Part shown: positions 40,461-49,590 of the stretch, one piece after another
Numbering within the stretch: position 1 is the stretch's first letter
How the letters are laid out: each line of letters opens with the position of its first letter
Virus record (IMG/VR): IMGVR_UViG_3300023174_007026
Coordinates: 1-64,000 of that record
Length of the DNA stretch: 64,000 nucleotides
Direction: 5' to 3' (one strand)
DNA from: a virus
Made by a program: the position numbers and the translations under genes
Notes under the pieces: model-generated
Told to the model about the DNA's origin: nothing
Seen by the model: the letters and a program-made list of their open reading frames with translations, nothing else
The model's database searches: none

Positions 40461-40883
40461 ATGAGCGATCTCGGACATTGGCAATACAATTCAGAAGTAC
40501 CTGACAGTTTTTATGGATTTGTATATGAGATTACTAATCTTACTAACAACAAAGTATACATTGGCAAAAAGCAGAGTGTATTCAGGCGTAGAAAAGCACT
40601 GCGCAAAGGAAAAAAGAAGCGTGAAATAGTAATCAAAGAGTCTGATTGGAAGACATACACTGGTAGTAACAATGAGTTGAATAAAGACATTGCAGAGCTT
40701 GGCAAAGATAAATTTTGCTTTAAGATTTTACGTTTTTGTGATGGTAAATGGCAGTTGTCATACTATGAAATTGAAGAACAAATCAAGCGTGGTGTGTTAC
40801 TCAACGAAAACTTTTACAATGGCATCATCAACTGCAGATTAGGTAGACCCAAAACAAAAACAGTTGATAAATCAGCATCATAA
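40461..40883 (+). CDS. Short GIY-YIG endonuclease (Seg-like)
   Basis: GFVYEITN...YIGKK...ESDWKTYTGS...E...YN motif. Confidence 0.82.
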   Translation: MSDLGHWQYNSEVPDSFYGFVYEITNLTNNKVYIGKKQSVFRRRKALRKGKKKREIVIKESDWKTYTGSNNELNKDIAELGKDKFCFKILRFCDGKWQLSYYEIEEQIKRGVLLNENFYNGIINCRLGRPKTKTVDKSAS

Positions 40884-40896
40884 TGCATATACATGC

Positions 40897-41421
40897 ATGG
40901 TATATAGTTACCCACTTTATAATGTTTCCATTTGCAACTTCAACGAACTGTTTGAATTTGTAAAACAACAGTTGCACGCTCAGTGCATCAAGTATAACTT
41001 GAGCAAATGTGATAATGATTATAAAAAGATGTTGATGCACTGCATTGTCAAAGCATGTTGTGATGTAGTTGCTCAGCACAAAGATACCAAGTTGGTGTTT
41101 TTTGTGCAGCCATCAACATTGCAATGCAATGATACACTCAACAACATCAAAGTATGTGCATGGATAACTGGCATTCTCAAGACCGTGCAGAGATATTTGC
41201 CACTCAAATGGTATGAGTCTAGTCACGACCTTGATTATTTTCAAGGTCTCATCAATCAAAACAAAGGCATCTCTTTTTTACATCAAATCAGCAACAAACA
41301 AACCAAAACAACCTATACGTTCAGTAGAGCTCAGCAGTTTGCCAAGAGATACAACTTGAACTTTCTAAGCCGCGTTTGCTTTAATGATTTGAAAATGCGG
41401 TATGCTTTATTAAATACATAA
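40897..41421 (+). CDS. Hypothetical protein
   Basis: ORF with TTGATA-N16-CATATA upstream. Confidence 0.55.
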   Translation: MVYSYPLYNVSICNFNELFEFVKQQLHAQCIKYNLSKCDNDYKKMLMHCIVKACCDVVAQHKDTKLVFFVQPSTLQCNDTLNNIKVCAWITGILKTVQRYLPLKWYESSHDLDYFQGLINQNKGISFLHQISNKQTKTTYTFSRAQQFAKRYNLNFLSRVCFNDLKMRYALLNT

Positions 41422-41422
41422 C

Positions 41423-41884
41423 ATGAAAAGTAAGTTTGACTTGATTCTCAAAAATGCGCGCCTCAGATATTTGGTGCATGAACAAAATGAGCAAGAAGCA
41501 GCAGCCATTGCAGCTCAATTGGGTGGTCAACCAGCTCCTGCTGCTGATCCTGCAGCTGCAGCACAATCTGCATTGCCTGATGCTGCTATGCCAGAGGAAC
41601 CACAGGAACCAGAAGAGCCACAGCAAATGGAAAGCTCAGACAAAGCTCTTTACAAAGATGCAGTTGATCATTTGGTTGAAGCAGTGCATGATCTGATTAT
41701 GAAAATCAAAGGAGATGAAGTTTCAATTGATACAGTTCGCTCACAATACATTGAAATTAATGACAGTGATTTCAGAGCCATCACCAACACAGATGAAAAC
41801 AACATTGCAGTCATTGTGCAAAACATTGACCAACTTGCTAACAAGATGCAAGCACCATTTCAGCGTGATGCTATAAACCTATAA
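41423..41884 (+). CDS. Putative internal head protein
   Basis: TAAATA 6 nt upstream; MKSKFDLIL...LVHE followed by an A/P/E/Q-rich linker. Confidence 0.45.
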   Translation: MKSKFDLILKNARLRYLVHEQNEQEAAAIAAQLGGQPAPAADPAAAAQSALPDAAMPEEPQEPEEPQQMESSDKALYKDAVDHLVEAVHDLIMKIKGDEVSIDTVRSQYIEINDSDFRAITNTDENNIAVIVQNIDQLANKMQAPFQRDAINL

Positions 41885-43173
41885 TGAATAAATTCATTCC
41901 ATTGTCTGATGTCTATTCAAATTTGAATAGCAGATATCATACAAAGCCTGCGGCCCCAACACCGTTCAAGTCTTTGCATGAGACATATAAACCTAGTGCA
42001 CCAGTTGTGAACAAGAGATTGTATGTATTCAATGAAGATGTTGACATTGTAGCACGTGATACAGCCAGCAATGAGTATGGAGAATATACTGTAGAAAAAG
42101 AGTGGTGGGACAATGTTATTACACATTATCTTGCCTTGCAGAAGAAAAATCCCAACATTGGCAGTGACATCAAAAAGCTGTTTGATTTGTGTGTGGATAA
42201 GAAGATCATCAAAACATCACAAACTGACAAATATGTAAGTCAGTTGGACTACCTATCATCCATCATGGATTACATCTATGATATTACTGATGATGCAGGT
42301 GAAATGTTGCAGAAAATGAAAAGCAACAATATTGGCAATGCATTTATTTCCTTTCTCAATTCCAACATCAATAAAAGGGCCAATATTTTTGAATGGCTCA
42401 ACTCAGCATACAATGCTAATTTTACCAAAGCCAAGAATTCAGTAGTTACCAACATTTGGCAGTTGTTGCGGCCAGTTAATCCAGGTCAAACACGTGGTTA
42501 TGCTGGACCAGCAGAAGTGCCTGTTGCATTGTTTTGTGGTGGTGAAAAGGCTGTGATAGGTGACATTGATATCAATGGCAAGCAATTGGAACTCAAAGCC
42601 AATCGTGGCCGCATTGGTACACATTCACCATGGGTTCAAAATAAAAAAACCATTGATGCTTTCGTCAACAGCTTTGAAGGTAAACAGCCTAGCCAACCCA
42701 AGAAAAAGGGTAGCATTGAACAACAGGTACGCAATAAGATGAATGAGATTGAAGATACAGTTGTTGATTCAACTGACACTGCTGCCTTGAGAGCAGTGGG
42801 AGCTCAAGGCAGCTTTGCTGATGTGCCTGTCGACATCATTGCATCTGCAAAGTTGTGTGTTGAGCAAGGCATTGTTACTAACAAACAACAAGCAAGTGCA
42901 TTCATTGGCATTTGCCAGCTCATTGAGTATGCTGCTAATCAAAAATTTGACTGGTTGGGAGTCATGAAGACCAATGCTGATGATTCATCAAATCCAAAAA
43001 TGGGAACAATGTTTATTTTATCAAGCGCTGAGTTGGTGAATACATCTGCTGGATTATACGCACCAGACAAGATTTATAAGATTATGCAAATATTGGCATC
43101 TAGCAACATGGGTTTTGATAAACAATATGATGCTGCTGGTTATGGCATTTCATTTAGATCTCAAAAGGACTAA
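41884..43173 (+). CDS. Protein with PD-(D/E)xK restriction-endonuclease-like domain
   Basis: GPAE...GDIDINGKQLELK...GRIG fits the E...D...ExK catalytic pattern. Confidence 0.55.
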   Translation: MNKFIPLSDVYSNLNSRYHTKPAAPTPFKSLHETYKPSAPVVNKRLYVFNEDVDIVARDTASNEYGEYTVEKEWWDNVITHYLALQKKNPNIGSDIKKLFDLCVDKKIIKTSQTDKYVSQLDYLSSIMDYIYDITDDAGEMLQKMKSNNIGNAFISFLNSNINKRANIFEWLNSAYNANFTKAKNSVVTNIWQLLRPVNPGQTRGYAGPAEVPVALFCGGEKAVIGDIDINGKQLELKANRGRIGTHSPWVQNKKTIDAFVNSFEGKQPSQPKKKGSIEQQVRNKMNEIEDTVVDSTDTAALRAVGAQGSFADVPVDIIASAKLCVEQGIVTNKQQASAFIGICQLIEYAANQKFDWLGVMKTNADDSSNPKMGTMFILSSAELVNTSAGLYAPDKIYKIMQILASSNMGFDKQYDAAGYGISFRSQKD

Positions 43174-43856
43174 ATTCGATTTGCAATGTAAAGCTTCTCA
43201 ATGATGCTGTCAAAATCATTGTTCATGGGCACGCCATAGTAATTGAAGAATGCTTGTTTAGCTTGTGTAAAATTAGCAGCAGTTTGCAATTTTTGTCTGA
43301 ATGCTGATGCTTTGTAAGGTGCACCTGTATCAGGATCAACAACATCAGCCATGACACGTACATATCCTCTGCCTTGACTCAAAGGCAATGCTGCATCGCG
43401 CAATGTTTCATAAGGCTGCAAAAATGTAGGTTCCGGTGTTTTGATTTTCATGTTGAGTCCAGTGCCTTTGTCAATGTTTTTAAATTCAAATCTTGGCTTG
43501 TCTGGCGGTATTGGATGTTGATCCTTGTATCCAACTGCCAGAATCAGAATGCTGTCTGGAGAGCCTAGATGTGCGTAACTCTCACCTGCATATGGTGCTT
43601 TGACATTGATGACTTTGTCAGGTGCAATGCCCATGAGTTGAGTCATGACTTGCTGTTTTTCAGCAAAATTGAGAGGACTCTTGGGTACCTTGACAGAATC
43701 AGATGTTGCAAGATAAACATTGTTTTCACCATATTCTTCTGCAAGTTTATCATACACAGCTTTGTGATGTTTCAGCATGGGCTGAAATCTACCTGGATAT
43801 ACAACTACATACTGTGGCTGTGTTTGTTCAAAAAAGAATTGTTCAAAGTTAATCAT
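43170..43856 (-). CDS. HIGH-superfamily (cytidylyltransferase/NMNAT-like) nucleotidyltransferase
   Basis: YPGRFQPMLKHH, SPLNFAEK, VGYKD and ASAFR motifs. Confidence 0.75.
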   Translation of the reverse strand: MINFEQFFFEQTQPQYVVVYPGRFQPMLKHHKAVYDKLAEEYGENNVYLATSDSVKVPKSPLNFAEKQQVMTQLMGIAPDKVINVKAPYAGESYAHLGSPDSILILAVGYKDQHPIPPDKPRFEFKNIDKGTGLNMKIKTPEPTFLQPYETLRDAALPLSQGRGYVRVMADVVDPDTGAPYKASAFRQKLQTAANFTQAKQAFFNYYGVPMNNDFDSIIEKLYIANRI

Positions 43857-45124
43857 ACGTCAAAACCTATTTCTGCAAGTGATGGAATACTGCCGCGGCG
43901 GTATCGTCGCATGCCTAAAATTTGGTTGGCAGGTGCAAATGCACCTGTTATTTTGAAGAGTTTACCCGGTGCATCTGGTGATGAAAAAACAACACCTTCC
44001 AGTGCTGATGCTACATTGCTGATGGTTTGCAATCTCTTCATATTGGATTGCAAAATTTGCATGCGTTGTTCACGGTGGGCATCTTGAGCTTGTTCTACTG
44101 CAGCAATGGTTTTTTCCAACTCTTTGTGCAATCGTTTGATCTCAGTACTCTGATCTTTGACAAAGAAAGAAGCTACACCTTGCAACACTTTGAAGCTCAA
44201 TTCAAATACCAAGTCCTTGATGGGTTCAACAGCTTGTGATTGCTTTTTGAACTTGGAATCTGATGTACAAAAGTCAGAAACAATACCAGCATACTCCTTG
44301 TATTTTTTCTTGAGGGACACCGCATTGTCCTCAGATTTTTCAGACACACACAATGCTATGTCAATGGATGCAGCCATGGAAACAATGTCTTTGAGTTTTT
44401 GCTTGATTGTAGCATACACAAAATCTCCAATGGTACCAGTATTGATATCAATGCTGTATCTGGCACACAACTCAGCAACGCCTTGTTCAAATTCACCATA
44501 ACCTTGCTCATCATAGTTGATGAGTTGTGTAATTTTCGGACCAGCCCACTCCCACATTTTTTCATTTTGCTTTTCAGTCTTATTATCCATCAATTTGACC
44601 AGTTGATCAAAATTAGCTTGCAGTAACAAAGGTTCTTGACCTTTGGTAAATCTGGTCATGTTGTGCATCACAATGTAATTGCCAGAATACTGAATAACAT
44701 TGGGATTTGAAGAATGCATGATTTCAGCATTGACCCATGTATCACCATCTTCACCAAACAATTTATTTCTTACATTGTCATCCAATGCTTGCAATGCAGA
44801 GTTGATGACTGTGCCACCATCAGCAAATGCCAATTCAACTGCACCGCGTCCAGCAAACTTTTGACGCAATTGCATCAAGCTCATGCCTCCACTCTTTACA
44901 TCACCTGTGTTGCGCGCAAACATAGTTTGACCTTGCTGCTCATTCCACGTAAAAAAGATATTCTGACCATCCACCTTTTCAATGGCCTGAATTTCACCTC
45001 TCATGAGGCCTTTGAACATGTGCAGCATAGTTGAAAATGGTAAGCTCATGTCTTCATATACAAACTGCATGTGACCAGCTGCTCCACCTTCATTTAATAC
45101 AAAAAATTTATCAAATGATATCAT
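43853..45124 (-). CDS. ATP-dependent ligase-like nucleotidyltransferase (RNA ligase superfamily)
   Basis: Motif I EKVDG, FARN, NAEI, EGVVF and FKITG. Confidence 0.65.
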   Translation of the reverse strand: MISFDKFFVLNEGGAAGHMQFVYEDMSLPFSTMLHMFKGLMRGEIQAIEKVDGQNIFFTWNEQQGQTMFARNTGDVKSGGMSLMQLRQKFAGRGAVELAFADGGTVINSALQALDDNVRNKLFGEDGDTWVNAEIMHSSNPNVIQYSGNYIVMHNMTRFTKGQEPLLLQANFDQLVKLMDNKTEKQNEKMWEWAGPKITQLINYDEQGYGEFEQGVAELCARYSIDINTGTIGDFVYATIKQKLKDIVSMAASIDIALCVSEKSEDNAVSLKKKYKEYAGIVSDFCTSDSKFKKQSQAVEPIKDLVFELSFKVLQGVASFFVKDQSTEIKRLHKELEKTIAAVEQAQDAHREQRMQILQSNMKRLQTISNVASALEGVVFSSPDAPGKLFKITGAFAPANQILGMRRYRRGSIPSLAEIGFDV

Positions 45125-45129
45125 TCATG

Positions 45130-45141
45130 TATTTATAAATA
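45130..45141. promoter_or_regulatory. Palindromic bidirectional T4-type late promoter TATTTATAAATA
   Basis: TATAAATA on both strands, each 5 nt from a start codon (45124 minus, 45147 plus). Confidence 0.8.
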
Positions 45142-45146
45142 ATGTT

Positions 45147-45548
45147 GTGAATGACTTTGACAAACTCTATCAAAAAGCTGTAGTTATAGGCGTAAACTTG
45201 CCCATTGAGATACAAAACATTGGAACACTCAAAGCAAAAGCTGATACAGGCAATGATGGATACTGTGTATTACATGGAACAAATGTTGACATACAACAAG
45301 GTTCAGTAACATTTGAAACTGTAGGTGGCAAACAAGTGCAATTTCCATGCAATGAAACTATTGATATTAACATTGGCAGTGGTAACATTGAAAAGAGACC
45401 AGTCATCAACTTGAACATAAAAATAAACGGAACACCTTATTCAAGTGTTCCGTTTTCTGTTGCTGACAGAAGCAGCAATGATGTTCCTATTTTGTTGGGC
45501 AAAGACTTCCTTGCTCAACACAATTGCTTGGTAGACCCAAGCAAATGA
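45147..45548 (+). CDS. Retropepsin-like aspartic protease (RimK-associated/RimB-like family)
   Basis: AKADTG, EKRPVI, ADRS and ILLGKDFL motifs. Confidence 0.8.
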   Translation: MNDFDKLYQKAVVIGVNLPIEIQNIGTLKAKADTGNDGYCVLHGTNVDIQQGSVTFETVGGKQVQFPCNETIDINIGSGNIEKRPVINLNIKINGTPYSSVPFSVADRSSNDVPILLGKDFLAQHNCLVDPSK

Positions 45549-45551
45549 AGC

Positions 45552-46193
45552 TTAATAGCGAGTTTGTGCAAATTCAATAAACTTATAAAACTCAGCTCTA
45601 CTTGCACCACTTTCATCATGAAAAGCACCACTCACCCGCGCAGTTCTCATAGTTGAGTCGTGCTTAATGCCACGATTGCTGCAGCACGTATGATTACACT
45701 CAATCATGACTGCAACTCCTTTATTCTTTTCACAGACTTTATCTACATAATCAAAAATTTGTGAAGTTAGTGCTTCTTGAACTTGTGGTCGACGAGCAAA
45801 CCAATCAACAATGCGATTGAGTTTGCTTAATCCGATAACTTTACCATCTTTAGATGGTAAGTATGCAACATGTGCTCGACCTGTAAATTGCAGGTGGTGG
45901 TGTGAGCACATTGATACTACTTTGATGTTGTTTTGACAAACCATGCCATCATAACCATCAATGTTATCAAAAGATGTAATGTTGGGCGGAGCAGAGTAAC
46001 ATCCTGCAATGAGATCATTAACCCATGCTTTGGCTACACGTCTGGGTGTATCAGCACTATTGGGATCATTCTTGAAGTCAAACTTCAGTGCTTTCATAAA
46101 TTCAGCATAATGTTCTGCTGCTTGTTCAATCATAATCTGGCGTTCTTGTTCAGATTGCGGCAGATTTCCGTTGGCGTATTTGAGTAATTCCAT
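45552..46193 (-). CDS. folE: GTP cyclohydrolase I
   Basis: DTPRRVAK, CSHH, GLSKLNR, RPQVQE and HTC motifs. Confidence 0.95.
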   Translation of the reverse strand: MELLKYANGNLPQSEQERQIMIEQAAEHYAEFMKALKFDFKNDPNSADTPRRVAKAWVNDLIAGCYSAPPNITSFDNIDGYDGMVCQNNIKVVSMCSHHHLQFTGRAHVAYLPSKDGKVIGLSKLNRIVDWFARRPQVQEALTSQIFDYVDKVCEKNKGVAVMIECNHTCCSNRGIKHDSTMRTARVSGAFHDESGASRAEFYKFIEFAQTRY

Positions 46194-46239
46194 AGTTACA
46201 ATGTAATGTATTATGCGCATGTTTCAACTAAATATATAC

Positions 46240-47310
46240 ATGAAAAAATTTGAACAGGCTCTGCTTGCAGCTGAACAACAAAACAAACTCAAGAGAGTCA
46301 GACTAAAATTGGATCCAAAAATCCGTGAAGCGCAGGACTACTCTCAATATGAAGGGTATGAAGGGTATGTTTTGAGTGAAACTGAAACACATGTTGAGAT
46401 ACAAATCAAACATCAACGCATCATGTTGCCCAAAGTAGTGTTAGAAAACAAGTTGATGGATTTTATCAGAGGTGGAGGTAGAGCCGTTGCAGATGCAAGT
46501 ACAGCATTTGCACGCAATGCAACGCCAGGATTGGCAAGAGGTGCAGGAAATTTAATTAAGCAAGCCAAGCAAGCCAAGGATTATTATCTTGATCCCAATG
46601 CATCTTTGGCAACTAAACTTGGTAGAGGCATTGGCAAAGCAGTGAATGTAGGAGCTAATGTTTTGTTGAATCCAATGTATACAATCAAAGCTGCTGAAAG
46701 ATTTGCATCTGCACCTGTTAGAGCAGCAAGCAGTCTATTGGGCATTGACGCAGATAAAAAAAATGATGACGTCAAGGACTTGGGCAAACAAACTACATTT
46801 GAGTTGACTAGTCAAATGTTAAAAGATATTGATAAAGCATTGATTGATACAGCAAATGCATCGAACCCTGGTCATACAAATGCACCTTTAGCATCAAATA
46901 AAATATTTTATTACACCATAACGGATAGAGACAATGCTAATGCAAAACAGCAGTATGTTGTTATACAAGCTGATATACTAGCACAATTTCCAGGCACCAG
47001 ATCATACAGCAAGCAAAGAATACCCATTGGCAGTATGCATCAATACGCTAATACAATACAAGCTGGCATTGCAGCATTAAAGAGGGCACCAGGTACAGGT
47101 CGACCTACACTGGATCAATCTTTTTTTGATGCACTGCAACAAGTTAATGTTATACTGAAGAATTATATATCCGGTATTTCAACAGATAAAAAGCAAGACA
47201 TTGCTGTCAAAATATTGCACATACCTTCTCTGAAAGAATTTGAGACTGGTGGAGTACTTACTGATAAAACATTTAAAGACAGTTTCACATTATCAGAAAA
47301 ATACGCTTGA
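46240..47310 (+). CDS. Hypothetical late protein, putative internal head protein
   Basis: TAAATA 5 nt upstream; MKKFEQALLAAE leader; G/A-rich amphipathic middle. Confidence 0.5.
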   Translation: MKKFEQALLAAEQQNKLKRVRLKLDPKIREAQDYSQYEGYEGYVLSETETHVEIQIKHQRIMLPKVVLENKLMDFIRGGGRAVADASTAFARNATPGLARGAGNLIKQAKQAKDYYLDPNASLATKLGRGIGKAVNVGANVLLNPMYTIKAAERFASAPVRAASSLLGIDADKKNDDVKDLGKQTTFELTSQMLKDIDKALIDTANASNPGHTNAPLASNKIFYYTITDRDNANAKQQYVVIQADILAQFPGTRSYSKQRIPIGSMHQYANTIQAGIAALKRAPGTGRPTLDQSFFDALQQVNVILKNYISGISTDKKQDIAVKILHIPSLKEFETGGVLTDKTFKDSFTLSEKYA

Positions 47311-47340
47311 TTTATTATAATTTGACATCACAATGATGTG

Positions 47341-47976
47341 ATGAAAACAAATTATATATCAACTAAAGTCATTGAATTAGGTTCTTGTGCATTCCGTCAA
47401 TGGAAAGCTGGTCATTCACATTGCAGACACATGCATGGTTACCAACTGAAAGCTAAATTTTGGTTTGGTTGTTCAGAATTGGATGAAAAGAACTGGGCAG
47501 TAGATTTTGGAAGTCTCAAAGAGCTCAAAGCAAAATTGCAAGACACATTTGATCATACATTATGTGTTGCTGCAGATGATCCATGCTTGTACATCTTCAA
47601 ACAACTGCAGCAACTTGATGCTGTTGCATTGCGTGTATTTGATACAGGTGTTGGCATTGAACGTGCAGCAGAATTCTGCTTCAATGCAGCATCAGAATTT
47701 CTTAAAGAGAAATATGGTGATCGATGCTGGGTTGAGCAGGTAGAAGTATTTGAACATCAAGACAATTCTGTCGTTTACAAACCAGCAGCTGTGCAATTGC
47801 CACTTGTAGTTGCATCAGATGCTCCTGCTGAACCTTTACTTGCAGTAGAACAAACAGCGCCACCACTGGGTCTTGCGCCAGTTGCAGCACCGCAACGAGT
47901 ACCAACGCCTGCACCAGTAGGTAATACTGTTACCAGCGGCAAAGGCAATTGGTTTGCAGGTACAACTTGGGGCTAA
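47341..47976 (+). CDS. queD: 6-carboxytetrahydropterin synthase with C-terminal extension
   Basis: CRHMHGY, VDFG, FDH, E and VFE motifs. Confidence 0.88.
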   Translation: MKTNYISTKVIELGSCAFRQWKAGHSHCRHMHGYQLKAKFWFGCSELDEKNWAVDFGSLKELKAKLQDTFDHTLCVAADDPCLYIFKQLQQLDAVALRVFDTGVGIERAAEFCFNAASEFLKEKYGDRCWVEQVEVFEHQDNSVVYKPAAVQLPLVVASDAPAEPLLAVEQTAPPLGLAPVAAPQRVPTPAPVGNTVTSGKGNWFAGTTWG

Positions 47977-48722
47977 CAACCCAGTTTGCGTACGATGAAT
48001 TTGAGAATCTGTGAACGCACAATCTCATTTTCACCAAACTTGCAAACATGAATGTTATTATTCTGGCTTTCCTCATCGTCAAAACAACGGACGATGTCTG
48101 GAAAGCCAGATTTGTTTCCAATGTCGCTCTGTTGTGTATCGCCAATGACTACATATCGTGAGTTGTGACCAAATCTGGTCAAAATAGTGACAATTTCACT
48201 CTTGGTAAGATTTTGAGCCTCATCAATGATTACCAGAGAGTCATGAAATGTTAGGCCTCTGACAAAGTTTACAGGAATACATTTGATGAGACCTTCTTCT
48301 ATTAGTGAAGAAGCAACAGTTGGTGCTACCAATTCATGCAGTTTATCCAACATAGGCAAACTCCATGGCTTGAATTTTTCATCCACTTCACCTGGCAGTG
48401 CACCAATGCTCTTAGTAGCAGATTCAACAATGCTGCGAATGTAGACAATTTGTTTGACTTGTTTGGCTTGCAACAATGTGAGACCTGCTAAAACAGCAAT
48501 GTATGTCTTAGCAGTACCAGCACTGCCATCAACAAACACCATTTTTGTCTTGTTGTATACACACAAATCTAAAAATGTTTGGTGTACTTGATTGAGCGTA
48601 TATTTGTTGCGTATACCCAGACCACCTTTTGCATTTGTAGATGCATTCTCTGAGGGATGTAGAACTTCATCCAGGTCGTCCAACTCTTCTAAACTGCGTC
48701 GAAGCCGGCGTTTTTTGCTCAT
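47973..48722 (-). CDS. phoH: PhoH-like ATPase
   Basis: GSAGTAKT, GALPG, RGLTF, DEAQN, GDTQQSD and IVRS motifs. Confidence 0.93.
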   Translation of the reverse strand: MSKKRRLRRSLEELDDLDEVLHPSENASTNAKGGLGIRNKYTLNQVHQTFLDLCVYNKTKMVFVDGSAGTAKTYIAVLAGLTLLQAKQVKQIVYIRSIVESATKSIGALPGEVDEKFKPWSLPMLDKLHELVAPTVASSLIEEGLIKCIPVNFVRGLTFHDSLVIIDEAQNLTKSEIVTILTRFGHNSRYVVIGDTQQSDIGNKSGFPDIVRCFDDEESQNNNIHVCKFGENEIVRSQILKFIVRKLGC

Positions 48723-48761
48723 ATGTCATGTGTATTTAGTCATATGTTCGTATTTTAATAG

Positions 48762-48789
48762 TTGAAACATCAGTGAATTACGTTATAAT
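48762..48789 (+). promoter_or_regulatory. Early/middle promoter of queE, TTGAAA-N16-TATAAT
   Basis: 8 nt before ATG 48798. Confidence 0.7.
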
Positions 48790-48797
48790 AGTGTAAT

Positions 48798-49571
48798 ATG
48801 AATAATCTTGATTTTGATCCTGCACAAGAAACCATCTTTTTATCTGATGATAAACTCTTCTATACTATTGAAGGAGAAGGTGAATACATTGGTCAACCAT
48901 CTGTTTTTATGAGAATGTCCATGTGCAATCTCACTTGCAAAGGCTTTGCTTCAGAAAGCGCTCCTCACGGTTGTGATTCATATGTTTCATGGTCTGTAAA
49001 GAACAAGATGACATTTGAAAGTATATGGAATGAGTTCTTTGTTAAACAAAAGTTTGCAGATAAACTAAAGAGTGGTGCTATTCTCAAATTTACAGGTGGT
49101 GAACCCATGATTCAGCAAAAGCAATTGCTCAAGTTTACTGAGTATCTGGTACAACAACTAGGCATGCATCCCAAGATTGATTTTGAAACCAATGCGACAT
49201 TGCTGCCAGATGAAAGATGGGTAGAAGATTTCAATGCTAGCTTTACAACTTCACCTAAACTGACAACCAATGGAGATGCAGAGAGCAAGACTTATGTTGC
49301 AGAAGTGTTGCGCTGGCATTCTCGACATTACAGTGGTTTCAAGTTTGTTATCAACAGTGACAAAGACATTGAAGAAATTTGGCGCAAATATGTGGAAGAT
49401 GACAAAGGTATCAATGTTGATACCAACAGAATTTGGTTTATGCCTTGTTGTGGTTCACGTCAAGAGCACATTGAACGAGCTCCTGCAGTTGCTGAGTATG
49501 CTAAAGCAATGAATGTCAATTTTAGTCCGCGGCTGCATTTGCTGGTCTGGGATCTAGCTTTGCGTGTGTAA
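48798..49571 (+). CDS. queE: 7-carboxy-7-deazaguanine synthase (radical SAM)
   Basis: TIEGEG, CNLTC...CDS, TGGEP, ETN, SPK, KFV and PRLH motifs. Confidence 0.9.
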   Translation: MNNLDFDPAQETIFLSDDKLFYTIEGEGEYIGQPSVFMRMSMCNLTCKGFASESAPHGCDSYVSWSVKNKMTFESIWNEFFVKQKFADKLKSGAILKFTGGEPMIQQKQLLKFTEYLVQQLGMHPKIDFETNATLLPDERWVEDFNASFTTSPKLTTNGDAESKTYVAEVLRWHSRHYSGFKFVINSDKDIEEIWRKYVEDDKGINVDTNRIWFMPCCGSRQEHIERAPAVAEYAKAMNVNFSPRLHLLVWDLALRV

Positions 49572-49590
49572 TGTTTTACTAAATAACAAC

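Noticed and set aside
45552-45900. 3' half of folE seemed richer in CpG, suggesting a recombined segment
   Set aside because: By hand count the difference from the 5' half (about 11 in 350 nt vs 6 in 300 nt) is too small to support
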